This document shows positions 59,431-61,948 of a stretch of DNA of 61,948 bases, piece after piece (the stretch's first letter is position 1; each line of letters begins with the position of its first letter). The stretch lies in assembly GCA_003427395.1 (NCBI GenBank), contig BFEA01000044.1, positions 2,975,793 through 3,037,740 on the forward strand, read 5' to 3'. Position numbers and translations under genes: made by a program. Below the pieces are notes generated by a model that ran no database searches, was not told the origin of the DNA, and worked only from the letters and a program-made list of their open reading frames with translations. Source of the DNA: Chara braunii (taxonomy: Eukaryota > Plantae > Charophyceae).

Positions 59431-61866
59431 TTGGGTTGATCCGGTCAGACGCATCCAAAAACTCCTTCATCCCACCTTCCCCCAATTCCTTTGTCTTAAT
59501 TCTCTCAAAAGTTATCTGAACTCTCATATATACTTGTTTATTAAACCTTTGCATCGCATGTCCTGACAAACATAGCAAGCTAGAAAAAAGTAATAATCTT
59601 TCGTAATTATATTTAGATACCCAAAGGAATAATACTAGTTAGGGGAAAGGATCACACGCGCCAGGCAGAAGTTATACCTGAGTGTTCCCTGCCTCCAGAA
59701 CCTCGCCTGGGCTCCGGCAGAGCTCCCGCAATCGGTGGGTAGACCTCCCACAAGGTCTCGCTGCGGTCCTACGGGTTGCAATCCCGCCTGCCGCCTTCCT
59801 CTCGGCACCAAAAGACTAGACTTAGACTTAGAAAGGCAGAAAGAGAAATAAGTCAGACTCTCCGATGGGTGCTCTCAGACTCGCGCGAGAGGGCCTTGAA
59901 GCCTTGATTTGCCTGAGGGCCCCGCAATGGTGGCCAAGATCGTAGCAAGGATGCCCGAACCGCAGTCAGAACGCAAAGTGGCCACACTCTAACAGTCCTC
60001 CCGCCCGCAGCAGCGACCCCTGTGTAGAACCGAACCATTCCCTCAAGTCGCCATACGTCTTCCTCTGACTAAAACGTCGCTACGCGACCTAAAAATGGTT
60101 GCGTTCAACTAGAGTACAACCCTGTGCTTTATTCAAGACACATTCTAATCCAGCAAACTCAACTGAAACTGCACGCAGAGCAACCTTGCACAGCAAGGTA
60201 CCGCAGCAACACCGATCTTCAAACTTTTAATGGTAGCTACAATCCAGAGCTATTCGTCATAGACTGCTTAACCCAAACCGCCTCGATTCAGCAGACCACC
60301 ACCACTGACATTGCAAGGGCATCAACCCCTCCCGTTGAGAACAGCAGGACCCCGGAGCAGCAACATCAGCCTTGACAATACTAACAACAGTTGCCAGTTT
60401 CAGCAGCCCATGCTGGCAACACTCCTCCTCACCATCACTCTGCTATGCTCGGCCAACTGCTATACTATGTGCCACGGCTGAGCTAAGTCGAGCAATTCCG
60501 TCTGTACAATCAAGCCACACACACTCATCCTAGTTGCACCTCCACTGGCCAGTAGCATTACAACTGACAATCATTCATACGATGTCGCTCACAATCCCGT
60601 CTAGGTAATATCCTGCATCAGTATCTGAAGTAGTAAACGGCAGCTTCTAGAATTTGCAATTGCTGCTGCTAAAACCATCCTCTCTCAGCAGCAACCTCGC
60701 CGCACAAGTTCAAACAACAGCTGTCGACAGGCTAAGTCTCAGTAGCAGACCCAATGATGACCTCCGTCATAGCAGTACCTCATGCTTAACAGCACCATCA
60801 ATACTTCAAAAGAAAGAAAAAAGGGAGACTCGCTGCTCTGTTGTGCTGCTGTAACTAAGACAACAGTGTCGGAGAAATAGCAGTTCGCAGACTTTCAGGG
60901 CATCAATAACCACCAAAATAGCAGTTTTCGATCCACAAACCATGTGCATGACTCAATAATACTTCAACTGTTGGTGTCACAGCTTAAGTAAGTCTGTTGC
61001 TGCGAAAATCCAAACCAGGCCTCCAGGGGTCCACTACAGCCTTCCAAAGGCCTGCTACAGCGCCGTAACAGTAGCCAAACATCAATCCACTGCTGCTAGA
61101 AGTCCCTTCTTATAGACGGATGTTTGCTGCAATACCCAAAAAAAAAAAAAAAAAGTCCACAGTTACTCAAATCTGGGTGAAGGAGCAACGGAGCAGGACC
61201 TAGACCAATCGTGAAGAGAAAAGTCCAACCCACTGCATTATTCATCAATGCACACAGTGTGATTCCCCCACTAAAGCACGACCAGATACAATGTCAGATT
61301 TTGTACTGAGCTAAACTGTGCAACTCAACACCTTGGTTCCTCTCGTATGGCGGCTGCTCCAACACTCATCATCTTGCAAAACAAAAGTAAATCTTCGACT
61401 AGAACATGGAAAAATGCATGCCCTTCTTGCCTGATATCTTGACTTCCGTTCGTCCCGTATTACCGCCTCTGCCAGCCAAATACACCCTTCTCTCGATTTT
61501 CTTGTATTCTACTTCCTCCTCCTCTACCTATTTCCGATGTGCCGCCAAGCAAACTGCGGACCAGCCAACAACCGTAGTGATACAAAGTGAATGTATATGT
61601 GCTATTTTCCCGGTCCGGTACAACCTTCCCACACCTGTCTACATGACTACACCCACGCTCGCGCACACCTGCACACACCTGCACATTCACCACCATGCTC
61701 ACGCTCCAGCGCATACGTGCTTGTGCCTACATGCTCACCCGTATTCACGAGTGATTACACCTTCCTGCTTCTCTCCTTCCCCTCTACCTCTATTCCTCCT
61801 CTAAAAGTTGTCATGTCCAAGGATATGCCGCTGCACATCATTCAATAATCTACGAGCAAGTGCTTG

Positions 61867-61869
<3 letters not shown>

Positions 61870-61948
<79 letters not shown>
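61870..61948. repeat. (CT)n(CA)n microsatellite
   Basis: Direct reading. Confidence 0.95.

Larger units (their letters stand above)
54906..61948 (-). mobile_element. Element E: giant A/C-related LTR (U5 end at 54906; start probably beyond the window)
   Basis: 54906-55225 homologous to 12826-13160 and to the reverse complement of 36200-36487; shares the donor segment with C; TATAAGAA on - at 61107-61114; right boundary not seen. Confidence 0.6.

Overview
Eukaryotic, transposon-saturated DNA with no intact host gene. The repeat families, (AAT)n/(CT)n/(CA)n tracts and a TTTAGGG tract suggest a streptophyte, probably a charophyte alga such as Chara (inference). The window resolves into a Russian-doll nest. 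Element A is an Athila-like Ty3/Gypsy on + (5068-45648; TGTCG...CGACA LTR ends, tRNA-Asp PBS, ~6.1 kb 5' LTR). Its 5' LTR is split by Ty3/Gypsy element B on - (5635-30939; ~2.5 kb LTRs, tRNA-iMet PBS). B's pol is split by C (12826-24470, -), an 11.6 kb LTR-bounded insert related to A. To the right lie a decayed L1/Tx1-like LINE (-, ~45.8-54.6 kb) and another giant A-related LTR, E (-, from 54906 probably past the window end). A probable Myb/SANT-like pseudogene sits at the left end. Most notable: (1) the giant LTRs carry arrays of stem-loops just downstream of a conserved splice donor; in E about 15 hairpins have a near-invariant GGGU loop and co-varying stems. (2) These LTRs share a ~300-nt structured U5 end. 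(3) B encodes a PHD finger between RNase H and integrase, followed by two extra ORFs chained by AUGA stop/start overlaps. (4) B has non-canonical LTR ends, and C is flanked by an ~86-bp duplication. All alignments and folds were done by eye.
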